From Cycas panzhihuaensis (lineage: Eukaryota > Plantae > Cycadophyta): 64,000 nt of DNA. The notes under the pieces are model-generated. The model had not been told where the DNA came from, ran no database searches, and saw nothing but the letters and a program-made list of their open reading frames with translations. The translations under genes were made by a program, and so were the position numbers. Location: NCBI GenBank assembly GCA_023213395.1, contig CM041465.1:73601741-73665740 (forward strand), written 5' to 3'. Of this stretch, positions 12,439 through 24,912 are shown piece by piece; position 1 is the stretch's first letter, and each line of letters opens with the position of its first letter.

Positions 12439-13546
12439 TTCTCAAGTATTTTTCTTTCTCAAAGATTGATCTTCCAACACAGTAACAGGTCCACACACCT
12501 TCAGATTTCAACCAGCAATAGTGTATGAAGAGAAATGAGGGTTTTTGTGCCAAAAAAAAAACTAAAAAATGTGAGAAATCCACCCTATCGAGTGTGCATG
12601 TACGTGTAGGTCAACTTTTGACTGAGTGAAATAAATCTAGACTGATTTCCAGCCAACAGAGAGGATCCTGTAATGATTAGAGAACAGATTATGCAAAAAT
12701 ATATTTTTTATTATATAAAAAATATAGAAAACTAGTGAAATTCTTATATTTTCCCTACTACATACAATAAATAAGCCCTAGAAAATTTCTAGAAATTAAA
12801 TTTGGTAAATTTTCAACATGCAAATGCTTTAAAATGATTTAAAAAAAGCTGAAAAAAAAACCATAATGCACTTGGATCGCCTTCGAAGAGTGAAGGTCAT
12901 CACCAAGGATTTAAACTCTCTCCTTCAAACCTAAGAACAACAAAAGACTCCTCTCCAACTTGGCTTTAATACCAAATGAAGAGAACAACATTTAGCTCTC
13001 ACACCAATAGATTATGAACACAACGCTAGAATCACTTAGAGAGGAAGTATGCTAGTACAATAAGATGATTAGCATCAATAACAAGACTATGAAGATAAGC
13101 ACCTAAGCAATGAAGCAAGCATATGAATCAAGCACAAGAAAGAACACAAGATATAGAGGAGTAGGAATTGTTTCTCGCTCCAAATGAATAAAATTTAACT
13201 TGGATTCAAAATAGCAGCATAATAGAACAATACTAACTCTCTTGTGTGTTACATGAGACTTGGCCTCAAATATATAGAGATGGATGAGAGACCTTAGGGG
13301 GCTTGATGTTTGACAAGTGTCAAACATCCAATCTATGCCCTTTGCATGTGGGACAAGTGTTCCTTGGGCTCTCTTGTGAGCAAAAGCGCATGAGGGCTAC
13401 ATTAACCCTCAAGTCATAGCATTGTGCTACTAGAAAGAATGTGAGTGTGTACTTTATCACATTAGGTGATAAGACACCCTTACATAAAGTACTCTAACAT
13501 TGCAACATAAAGTACATTACTTAACATTAAACATAAAGGTTTAACA
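12439..13546 (-). mobile_element. Element G: copia-type 5' LTR (12977-13546), PBS, leader and decayed gag start; interrupted by F
   Basis: GCTTTAATACCA (reverse-complement tRNA-Met PBS, 12963-12974) next to TGAAGAG...TTTAACA. Confidence 0.7.
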
Positions 13547-16114
13547 AGACTGCCAATAAAGTGATTATCAAGAATAAGTTGTCTTTACCTGATGACTTTC
13601 TTGTTTGCAAGTTATACAACTATCATGCGAAGTAATTTCCCCAATGTGTTGTATGACCTTTCGATGCCTTTTCTTCGTTATTAACCAAGACCCCAAAACA
13701 TTCTTCTGGCATTGTTTTCCAACCAAGGTCTATGCTAACTCGATCATAAACTTGGCTTTCATGAGGCTCACATTCGTTTTTTTTCTTAAACAATTTTGGT
13801 GACAAAACACATGTTAGCTACAAAATGGCACATCAACTATCCCAAGGTTACCCATTTATTTCCTAGCCACATGGCAATATCAACTTGTCATGGCTGGCCT
13901 CTCAACATCAACTTGATAACTTGGTAGCTCTGTTCCTGCAAGTTAGGTTTCCATCTACTATGCAACACTAATAATCTGTGAGTAATGTAACATTTTCATT
14001 CATATACTTCATGCATACATTTCCACATAACTCATTATTGTATTAAATGATAATTGGAAAGTAATATAATAGAGGTTACCTACCTTGGGGATTGCTAGAC
14101 CCAACTCTCACACAAAATTAGGTGTGGAAATGCCCTAATTAAACCCTAGGTAGGTGCCTTTTCAGCCAAAAGACGTTGCTTTGCAATGGAGGTTTTGAAC
14201 TTACAATAATCACATGGTTAATCCATACAAAATCAATTGCTAGTGATGATTCATATCTCAGAACATTCATACTAATTTAGTGACCCAACTCCATTGTAGT
14301 AGTACCAAATTTCCCTAGGATGTTCCATAACTATCAAAGTTGTTTTGTTGTGTTGTTCCCTCTATGCTTGCCATTCCAAACCTATTAGAAGCATTCCATT
14401 CTTTCATATCATTCTCTATTGGCTATCAAAGTTGTTCTGATTAATAATGTCATTTTGCAAGTCATTTGCCAATTGTTACTGCCATTTCCCATATGCATGA
14501 CATTCCCTATTGCCATTCCCTACCATGAGACCCATCCTTAGTACTCAATTAGGTAGTTTCTCAATCGGTCATAACTTCTAGGTGTCATCTCATCTACATA
14601 CACAAACAAATGGCCAATATTATTTCAAGCTTATAACTTATATCCATTGCTTCATGGATGTCCCTGCATGTACAATTCTAGAAATTTTCTATTCAATAAC
14701 TTTGTAGACAACCTTTCCATGAAGAAACTTTGCATCTAATAATTTAGCACAGTTGCATTGCCTATCATGATGGTAGCGATGATTCTTATTTTACTTTCAT
14801 AGTTTAATACTTACTCTCTGGGATGTTGCATGATTTCTTTCGGTGCATAAATCATATATTGGTTATTACGCAATTGTTGAAACCTTGCCAAGAACTTTTC
14901 TCTCATATTTTCCCATGTCAGGTTATTAGTATCTAGATTTTGACACCATATGAGAGCAACACCATGTAATGTGCACAAGAGTTGACACTTAATGTACTCT
15001 TCTTTGTTGATCCCATAGATCACAATCATATTCTTAAAAGGAAAGAGGTGTTCACTTTGATCCCCTATTCCATTGAAGATTAGGTGACTCAAGACATTAT
15101 CATTTTGTTATGTCATAGTTGGCAAAATATTCACCTTCCTAGATGTCAAACCCGCTTTCAAATTACACTTTAATTCTCTTCAAGTTTTGAACAATGGGTT
15201 TGTATACAATGTTCTTGGGTAAATAAGCATACACCTTTTGGGTACTTGAACTACCAATGTAGTGACTATTAAGAATGAGTTATCTTCACCTGACAACTAT
15301 CTTGTTGGCAACTTATACAACTATCATGCGAACTAATTTTCCCAATTTATCATGTGACCTTGTGTTGCCTTTTCTTAGTTATTTCCCAAGCCCCAAGAAC
15401 CTTCTTCTAGCATTGTTTGCCAACCAGGTATTTTCTCCTCTTCTACTAGTGGCTCCTTGGAGTTTTATAGATGGGCTTCTTTTGCTTTAAGGGCGACTTC
15501 TAATGTCAGTGTACTATAGCCACTATTTGTTGGTGTGGCTTCCTTTTCTTCAATATTTTTAGGATTGTTGGTTAGCATTTCCATGGCTTCCCGTAATGAT
15601 GGCGTGATTCTCTTCAAGCAATGTTCCCTTCACTCTCTACCCCATGACATCACCCTCTCATGGCTAGTTGTTATTCTTCCCTTGTTTGGAGGCTTCTTCA
15701 GCATCATTAGAAGGTCCTCCAGCTACCTAGGGTCTAATTAGAACTTGCCATGGTGTCAACAACCAAGGTCTGTGCTAACTTGATCATAAACTTGGATTTC
15801 ATGAGACTTAGGTTCATTTTTTACTTCAGCAACTTTGGCAACAAAACCCATGTTAGCTATGAAATGGCACACTGACTATCCCAAGACTACCTATTTATTT
15901 CCTAGCCATGTGACAACATCAACTTGTCATGGTTGGCCTCTCAACAATAGCTTCAAGACTTGGTAGCTTGGTTCCTACAAGTTAGTTTTCCACCTACTAT
16001 GCAACACTAATAATCTTTCCACCTACTATGCAGCACTAATAATCTAAGAGTAATGTAACATTATTGTTCATGCATCTCATGCATACATTTCCAAATAACT
16101 TATTATTATATTAA
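13547..16114 (-). repeat. Tandem ~2 kb gag-only gypsy-like units: copy 1 ~13547-15255, copy 2 ~15256-16114 continuing at 30787-31400
   Basis: 13561.. aligns with 15262..; 14090.. aligns with 30804..; 14590-14690 aligns with 31310-31405. Copy 1 lacks ~340 bp between CAACCA(A)GG microhomologies. Confidence 0.85.
14150..15092 (-). pseudogene. gag: Ty3/gypsy-type gag (Retrotrans_gag-like capsid plus decayed zinc knuckle), no pol following
   Basis: FNGIGDQSEHL..TLHGVALIW..LTWENMREKFLARF, and a CDYCKFKTSIAKQR knuckle remnant at ~14170-14210. Confidence 0.8.
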
Positions 16115-16417
16115 TGTTAAAACATGGGTATCAAATCTTATGTATTAATTATCATTGAAAGGAGACAAAGACATATTTATATACTTAGATCTACCTCTAA
16201 CTCTTCCAACCAAAATTGACAACCGCTTCACCTACTAATTAGGCGTTACACATAAATATGTGCTTAAGCGCACTTAATAACTTGACACAACACTTCTATT
16301 GAACCTTTAATATTAACATTAATACTAACCTATAGACCATGACACAATACCCCTTAAGAACTACACATTAATGGCCCTTAGACATAATATTCTCCTAGAC
16401 ATATTAAACATTAACTC

Positions 16418-18483
16418 TTAGCACCCCCCCTTAATGTTTAATGTCAAGACAACAAAAAGACTGAATATTAAAGACATCATGACACTAAGTATTAAGGATT
16501 GATAAGCACTGACATATGACTTGACACAAGACATTGCTTTGAACGTGCAACACTTGAATTTTAGTATCTTCCTGAAGACAATGTCATGAGCTTTATCTTC
16601 GTCTTTAGGTGATTCTTGAATGCGACATTGATTCCTGATATGCTCTTTATTCCTGTGTAACATCTTCATTGAATCACTTGTTCCATCATCTCTCATTCTT
16701 TGGACTTTGAGTTGCCTCCAGTTAGTGGATGCAACTGTATCTGAGAGATCATATTTAATGTGCGATCCCTTTTGATGATTATTATCTCCAAGACATGATT
16801 TGAACTTCAAAATTTCCTTGAAGAAGAATAAAAAGGATTTCTCCGTATTTACTTCCAAATCAGCAAGTATGAGTTTTGTCACTATGATCATCTTCTTTAG
16901 GTATACTGCAGCTTTGAAAATAAACCAATAAAAGGTCTTTTGAAGAAGAAGGATGAATGATGATTTCTTCTCTGTTATCATGAGTACTAGTATTGATCCT
17001 GATTCAACCAAATTTTTGATTAACCATTTTATTTCCTTCTCACCATCCAAGGAAGCTATTGATACAGTGAACACAGAGGATTTCTGTCACAGTCACAAAT
17101 ACAAGTTTTCCAATAACTGTTATGGTCACATAAAGACAACATGCCACCATAACATGATTCAACTTCATAATTAAACAACCTATCAAAATCATATAACAAT
17201 TTGTGTAAACATATTATATTACAAGATTTTGGCCAAACAACATTCCAATTTCTACCAAAGTATCCTTCCTTTCTTCGAAAGAATTTTCTAATGTCTTTGC
17301 TGGATATGTCAACACAACCTGAACTCCTTCAAAGACAAGAATAGAAAATGTTGCACTATCAAATGAAACCATAAAGAATTCTGTGTACAGACGCATTACT
17401 GTGTGACCTGATATCAGTTGAAATTTAGCAACAATTCTGTCAACAAAAATTATGATAATATTACCCAAATTTTCCATTAAGACAATTGTGTCTCCATATT
17501 GTATTATTTGTGAAAAAGGTTGCCTGAAATCAACTTCAAATTTTTAATGCTTATAAGTTATTTCAAAGTTAAGATCCATCTTCTTTGTAACCTGTAATAC
17601 AGTCTTTTCTGTCAAAGCATTGTAACTCAAGATGTTAGAAGAAAATATAGGTGAGATAATTCTCTTCTTAGTCTTTAGTTTTTCATTTTCTTCTTCTTTC
17701 TCAGATTCTGAACAATGATCTACAGTCAAATTATTAGACTCATCTGTTACTTTATTAAATTCATCTGCAGGAATATGCAATAAGGATTCTTGAATTACTT
17801 TGTCACAATCACCATTATGTTTTTTTTCAATAGAGGACCTATTCTCAGAAATAGGTTTATATGCCTTTTCTCCTTTCTTATCACAAAAGACATTAGATGA
17901 ATCTATGTGAGATTTATTCTTACTAGAATCAACCTAGTTATTTGCATTCGCCTTTTCAGCTTTCCTCTTCAACCTTTTTTTTTTCTAATTCTTGGTTAGG
18001 TTGTTGTACATAATCTGCTCTAAGAGGAACTCTTCCTTCTACATCTTTTGTAAATTGTTCATCCTTTTTACCTGTATCACAAAAATTATTTGCCTTTTTA
18101 ACAATCTCTTGCACCTCTTCAAGGATATTTTCATACACATCCTTCAAGAGGTTCTAAGCTTCTTTAGCAGTTCCAACATCACGAATTGTAAGGATGAGAA
18201 AATGGTAGGGAGGCTGAAGCTCATCTTTATTTAATGTAGCAAGCATAACATCAATTATTATTTTATTCTTCTTCCTAAAGTTTTCTTCCCCTTCTACATC
18301 AATTAAAGCATTATAACCATTAGTGACGATTTTCCATAGCTTCTTGTACACAAATATACTTTCCATTTTAATTGTCCAATATTTGTGATTTGTTCCTATG
18401 TACTTAGGTAAAGGAAAAGGAAGGTTTGTTAAGTAGTATTCATTCTCTTCAAGTACAAAAACTATGATGCCACTTAACTCCAT
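16418..18483 (-). pseudogene. Disrupted Gag-N-terminus fusion protein of unknown function (element A)
   Basis: PKYIGTNHKYWTIKMESIFVYKKLWKIV is the copia Gag N-terminal motif. Downstream ORF pieces 17956-18147, 17544-17780, 17214-17477 and 16418-17074; the last two are homologous to B 47060-48097. Confidence 0.75.
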
Positions 18484-20214
18484 GATGTAAGAGCAAGTTG
18501 ATTAAGAGTGCATTGCACAAAATTCATGCATCCACTTCAAACTAAAATAACTCTATCAAATCAACAGCAAAATACTTCAAATTATATACCAAAATGACTG
18601 CCTCTGAAATACGGTTCAGTTGGTTTGCCAAACGGACTCCTAGATGCAAAGATATGAAGAAAAATGTACAAACACCCTTTTATGAAAAACAAATTGATGT
18701 CGTTAAAAGATTAGGCCCTTTAGCATATTAGCAAGAGGTCATATTGAAGCTGCATAAAACTAGGGGCTTAACTACTAAGGGGCTAGCAAACTTCAAACTA
18801 GATTTCAATTTTATTTATTCTAAATTTGACTTTGCCAAAAATATTAAATCTACCATATCCACATTGGCATCTGTGGATTTCAAGATACTATGCAATTGAA
18901 TTAAATCATGTTTATAACTTTGAAAAATATTTACCCTATTTCAAAATCAACCTGCAAAAACTTTTCTGACTGGCGATGAAAATTTACCAGATCAAAATTC
19001 TTTTGGGTTGATCGAAATCTCTCCTCTTGCATGAATCCGAGTGACTGTTCCTCGTCAAAAACTAGATTGAATCGATATAAATTGATTGAAATTGCTTATG
19101 AAATCATCTGCGTCATCATATCTAGCTTCATCTCTTATAGATTTTGCTAGGCTTCGATCAAATGCTCCTTCGCCATGGCTGCACACACTACAATTAAACG
19201 TCTGATTGGTGGGCCTTCTATTTCCTTCTTTGTAGTCAAATTTTAATAGATGTTATGCAGGCTTCTCATGATAGCCACAACATCTATTCTCCATTCATAT
19301 AGGATGCCTCAACACAAGGTTATTTCAAACTTATTACTGCTGCCATCCTTCAATCTTCTAAAACTGTGGGCTACTCTACGTTCAATGCGATCAATAGTAG
19401 GCTTGAAGTAAGGAGCAAACAACAGTCTCCAACAGCTTTAATTAGAAAAAATATTCAATTGTCAATCTATAGATTATTCTCATGATTGTCGTTGTAAGTG
19501 TTGTTGTCTTTGGTCAACCCGTCGATCAAAATTTTTTACTTCAACTGGATTCGAGCTTGTCATTTATCTACCGTCTTCCGTGGGGATTGACTATGATATG
19601 CAAACCCCTGGTCGTTCTTCACCCAAAAGCTCTACATCTGCATCTATATTTGCCTCTAATTACCCTACTTAGGCCTACTAGCTCGGGTCACCTCTCACAA
19701 CCAAACTTCACCTACATTTGAAAGCAATTTGCCCTCTCAATGGGCTTTGTACCATGGGTTGCCTCGTTGTCGTTTGACCTTAGTCTACTAGGGATTTGCA
19801 CTAACTTGATGACACAAGAGCTCAACTAGTAAAAGATTATTGCCAGGGGATTGACCCTAGTACTCTCGTCACAATTGCAACGATTTTGGCTAGCAAGAAA
19901 TTATTTGCTTGGATGTCTCTGTGATCTGCTCAACAATCGGTCTCATCTCACGTGTTTGCTAAGCCATTTGGCCTTTCATTTTTTTCTATGCCATGTCAAA
20001 AGAATTATCTCCAATGCTTTATTGATCATTTGCAGGTCTATAAATACAATTCAAAGTGTATAGGACAAATGGCAACCACTTAATGAGATTGTGCCACTTG
20101 TCACTCTGAAGGCGAAAGGGGGCAATGATACATGACCCTTACAAGGTACCTTAGATATCCTAGATAAAACATTGCCCTAAACAAAGCATTACCTTTTACA
20201 CCCCCTCTTAATGT

Positions 20215-23200
20215 TTTATCTGTTTTAGTCCTAAATCATTTCTAAAGCTAACAAACTTTTCCTTGCTAAGAGGTTTGGTAAGGACATCAACGATTTGATT
20301 TTCTAATGTACAATACAGAAACTCAACTTCTTTGTTCTATACTTTTTCCCTGATGAAATGGTGATGCACTTCTATATGCTCGGTTCTTGCATGCAGCACT
20401 AGATTCTTGGTCATTTTGATTGTACTTTATCATAGAATAACTGAGTAGGCATTGTTTGTTCTTGTCCAAGGTCCTTAAGGAGTTGTCTCATCCAAACTCC
20501 TTCACATGCTGCGTTGGCTGCTGACTTGTACTCTTCTTCTGTTGAAGACAAAGCAACTATATGTTGCTTTTTGTTGCTCTAGGAAATTAAGGTTGTTCCT
20601 AGAAAGAAACAATATCTCGATGTTGATTTTTTTTATGTTCTATCTCCAGCCTAGTCGAAATCATAAAAACTTGTTAGTTGCATATTGTTATCCTTTCTGT
20701 ATTCTAATCCAAGATACATGGTTCCTTTTAGATACCACAAAATTCTTCTTACAACATTCTAGTGAGGTACTTTGGGATCTTCCATAAACCTGGAAACTAC
20801 ACCAACTGCATAGGAAATATCTGGTCGTGTGGCTATGAGGTAAATTAGACTTCCGATTAGTTGTCTGTATAAAGTTGCATCAACCGGTTGTGCTTCTTAT
20901 TCAGTGTTTAACACACGTCCAGTTTCGATTGGAGTGGTAACACTATTGCAGCTTTCCATATTGAACTTGTTCAACAAGTTTTTGACATATTTTGATTGTG
21001 ATAAGATAACAAAGTCATTGTTTTGTCTTATTTCTATTCCCAGATAATAGTGCAACATTCTAAGATCTTTCATTTCAAATAGCATTTCGAATTGCTTCTT
21101 GATGAATGCAATCGGGTCTTCGTCATCTCCTATGATTAGCATGTCATCTACATATACCACTATGATGGAAGTTAGCCCTTGATTAAACTTCACATACAAA
21201 CTATGATTTGACTCACACTTGTGAAAGCCATTTTGAGTTAGATATGTGTCCAGTTTGGTATACCAAGCTCTTGGAGCTTGTTTGAGTCCATATAAAGCCT
21301 TACCAAATTTTCTTGTCCTTCAGGCTGATACATATATACTTCTTCTTGTAGATCTCCATTTAGAAAGGCACTTTTATCATCCATCTGATAAATCTTTTAT
21401 CCTTTCTGAGCAACAATTGCAATTACCATTCTTACAGTGTTCAACTTGGCTACTGGCGAGAACGTTTCTTCATAGTCAATTCTAGCAATTTGTATGTAGC
21501 CTTTTGCTACCAATCTTGCTTTGTAGTTCTCGATTTCACCATTTGGTTTTTCATTCACTTTATATACCCACTTGCAGTTTACAGTGGGTTTATCTTTAGG
21601 AGGAGTTACCAAATCCCATGTTTCGTTTTTATAAATGACTTTCATTTCCACATCCATTGCTGCTCTCCAAGCTTGAAAATTGCTTGCTTCTTTGGAAGTG
21701 TTTGGTTCAACAGAACACATTAAGGCTTGCGACTTCTAAGACCTCGTTCAATGCTCAAACACTTCTCCTCTTGTTTCTTCAATAGTTTTGAGATACCACT
21801 TTGGTACCCTTTTGGATATTTGTTCTTATGATGGTCTTCTTTCTTCACCTTCTAGATGGATGCTTGAATCACTGGCTCGTTGAGTATAAGACAGATGAGT
21901 ACTGAAATCACTTGCTTGTTGAGTATTAGATGATTTTTCATCTGAAATATTGTTTTCTGTTTCAATACTATCAGAAGTAATATCTGATTTATCTTATGGC
22001 TGAACTATTTCTGGGCTTTGATCACTGACATTTATTTCTTGATGAACAACTTCGGTGAGTCTTTTTCTTTCATCAAATATTATATTTCTGCTTACATAAA
22101 GTTTATTTGTCTTTGGATCAAGATAGCAGTATGCTTTTGAACAACTGCAATATCCAACCATTATACATTCTATGCTTTTGTTATCTAACTTGGTTCTTTT
22201 CTTATCAGGAATATGTACATACGCTTTGTAGCAAAAAATCCTAAGATGACTTACATTTGGCTTATGGCCTGTCCATGCCTCTTCAGGTGTTACTTCACCT
22301 AATGGTTGAGTTGGACTCCTGTTAATCAAGCACACAACTGTGTTTATAGCCTCTGCCCAGTGTTTCCTTGTGACTTCACTATCATTTAACATACATCGAG
22401 CCATTTCTACAATTGTTCTATTCATTCTCTCCGCTACCTCGTTTGATTGAGGTGTGTACAGAGTTGTGACTTGTCTGTGGATTCCATGCATTTTACAAAA
22501 ATAAAGAAATTCATTGGATACAAACTTACTGCCTCCATCTGAACAAACACATTTGATTTTCTTGCTGCTTTCCAGTTCCACTTCAGCTTTAAATTCTTTG
22601 AAATAACCGAATGTCTCTAATTTGCTAAACAAAAAATACACCCATGTTTTTCTGGAGAAATCATCAATGAAAGTTAAAAAATACCTTGCTCCATTTGTTG
22701 AAATTGGTGTAAATGGACCACACAAATCAATATGAACTAGATCTAGCTTACCTTGTACATGCCATGTGCTTTTTGAAAATGGAATCCTGTGTTGTTTCCC
22801 CATCATACAACTTTTGCATACAAATGAATTAAATGAAATATCAGGAAGACCATTCAGCATCTTTGATTTTTTTAGTTTTTCTAATCTATCATGGGAGATA
22901 TGACCATACTTCAAATGCCACATTTCATTAGTGTCATTGCTGGTCGTAGCAATTGAATTTACATCAGAAGGAGATTTCATGGGTCCTTTATCAGGCAGAA
23001 CATGGGTGGGAGAAGCTTATGAAGCCTATTACATTTTTCTTCTTTAGCTATTACAGCACCATTCTTTTCATGTCAAGAATGTAACAATGGTCGTTTTCAT
23101 CAAATATTGTTCGCAGTTTTTTTTCACTCAACTGAGACACTAACAGAAGATTTTTCTTCATTCCTAGTACAAAGAAAACATTGCATATTTGCTGAATTTT

Positions 23201-24348
23201 TCCATCAATTTTTATGGCAATTTGGCCTATTCCTTTTATATGCAAAGGAAAATTGTCTCCTAATTCCACAGATTTGTGAAGATCATATGGTTTGATGATT
23301 TCAAACCATTTTTTAATTCCTGTCATGTGATGCGAGGCTCCTAAATCAACATACCAATTTTTTGATGCACTAGTGCTTGCTGCTAACGTTACTATGAAGG
23401 CCGTTTCAACCTCTTCTTCTGTTGAATCTCATTCTCTGTTGTAATTTTCGGCCACTTGCTTCGCCTTTTGAATTTAGCTCGTCTCTGGTGACAATGGTAT
23501 GGATAGTGACATGTTTGTTTGCAATGGTAGTAGACGTCGAAAGACCTGCAACTACTCGAAAAATGGCCTGGTTTACCACAATTAAAACAAACTCTAGCAT
23601 CACGTGGTGGATTAGCAGTTGTTCTTCCTCGTCCTCTTCCTTCAATCTAGCGACCTCTGTAGCCAGCTGTTGCTCTTCCTCGCATTCTGAGATTATATTG
23701 ACCTCATCCTTGACCTCCCAAGTGAAGTTTGGTGACAAGTGCTTCTTCAACTTCTGCGTCTTCTTCATATCTCTGATTCCTTTGCTCTTGACTGAGCATG
23801 TGACCTGTAAGAACATCAAAGGTCATCATAGCAGTTTGCCCTCCTCCTGTCAACATATTTACCATTTTATCAAATGATTTTGGTAATTTGTTGAGCACAA
23901 GATGTATTAATTCAGTGTCAGTTATTTTGTCACTAGCTGTGAGAAGAGCAGTTTTGACGTTGGTCAACTTGGCTATGAAGTCAGATACAGTTTGGCCTTC
24001 TTTCATTCTAAGCTTATAGAGTTCCTCTTTGAGGGCAACAAGTTTGGCTTCGTTTTTCTGACTAAACATGGAAGACATTGTTTTCCAAATTTCATGAGCA
24101 CTCTCAACACCATCCACATAAACTAGCAAGGGATCAGAAATTGAATGTTTGAGCATAGATATAACAGTGTTATTCCTTTCTTCCTAATTCAACAAATCAA
24201 CTATATCGGAGGGTTGTTTTTCATCACCAGTGTTGATTTTACAGGCATGCTTTGCTCTTAAGAGACCCTCTATCTTAATTTTCCAAATAGTGAAATTCAT
24301 TTCAGTCAATTTGTCACCCTCAAGCAATGATCCAACAGAGGAGGCCAT
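20215..24348 (-). pseudogene. gag-pol: Copia gag-pol of C (Gag, zinc knuckles, protease, integrase, RT, RNase H), with multiple stops and frameshifts
   Basis: HIDLCGP..FIDDFSRKTW..YTPQSNEVAERMNRT, YKARLVAKGY, VYVDDMLI. The integrase-before-RT order is copia. Confidence 0.96.
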
Positions 24349-24912
24349 GACTAATCACAAGATTTGATTTCTAAGAGGAGAAACATGGTTGTACGGCTGT
24401 ACAGATGGTACTACGGATTTTCGTACGGAGCTCAAAGTGTATGTATGGAGAAAATAAGGGTGTCAATTGATAGATCTCAAAAATGGGTATTCGAATCTGG
24501 TGTTGTTTTTTTGAAACTCTCTCTAATCTGAGAGAAATGACACAAAGAATGTCTAAATCTACGCCCCTAGTTTTTTTGAAAAAATGATGAAAAAAACCCT
24601 TAAAACTAAAGAAAATCTCAGTAAGATGGGACTCAATCTCTTCGATTTACAGTGAGAGAGGGTTTAGATACTTAATACTCAGGATTCAAGCCAAATTTTT
24701 GAGAGATTTTGAAGAGGAAGACCTCTAAACCCGCGTGCCTAGAAAACTGGCCAAAAGTCCTTCGAGATGGCTTCAAATCCGTCGGTTCTTGAAGGAAAAA
24801 ATGTCGAGGAGACTCAGATCTATAATCTGGGTAAGTTTCATAAGATTTTGACAACTTTGATTTTTTGACGTCCGTACAATTCCATATTTTGCACATATTC
24901 TAATCCGTACAC

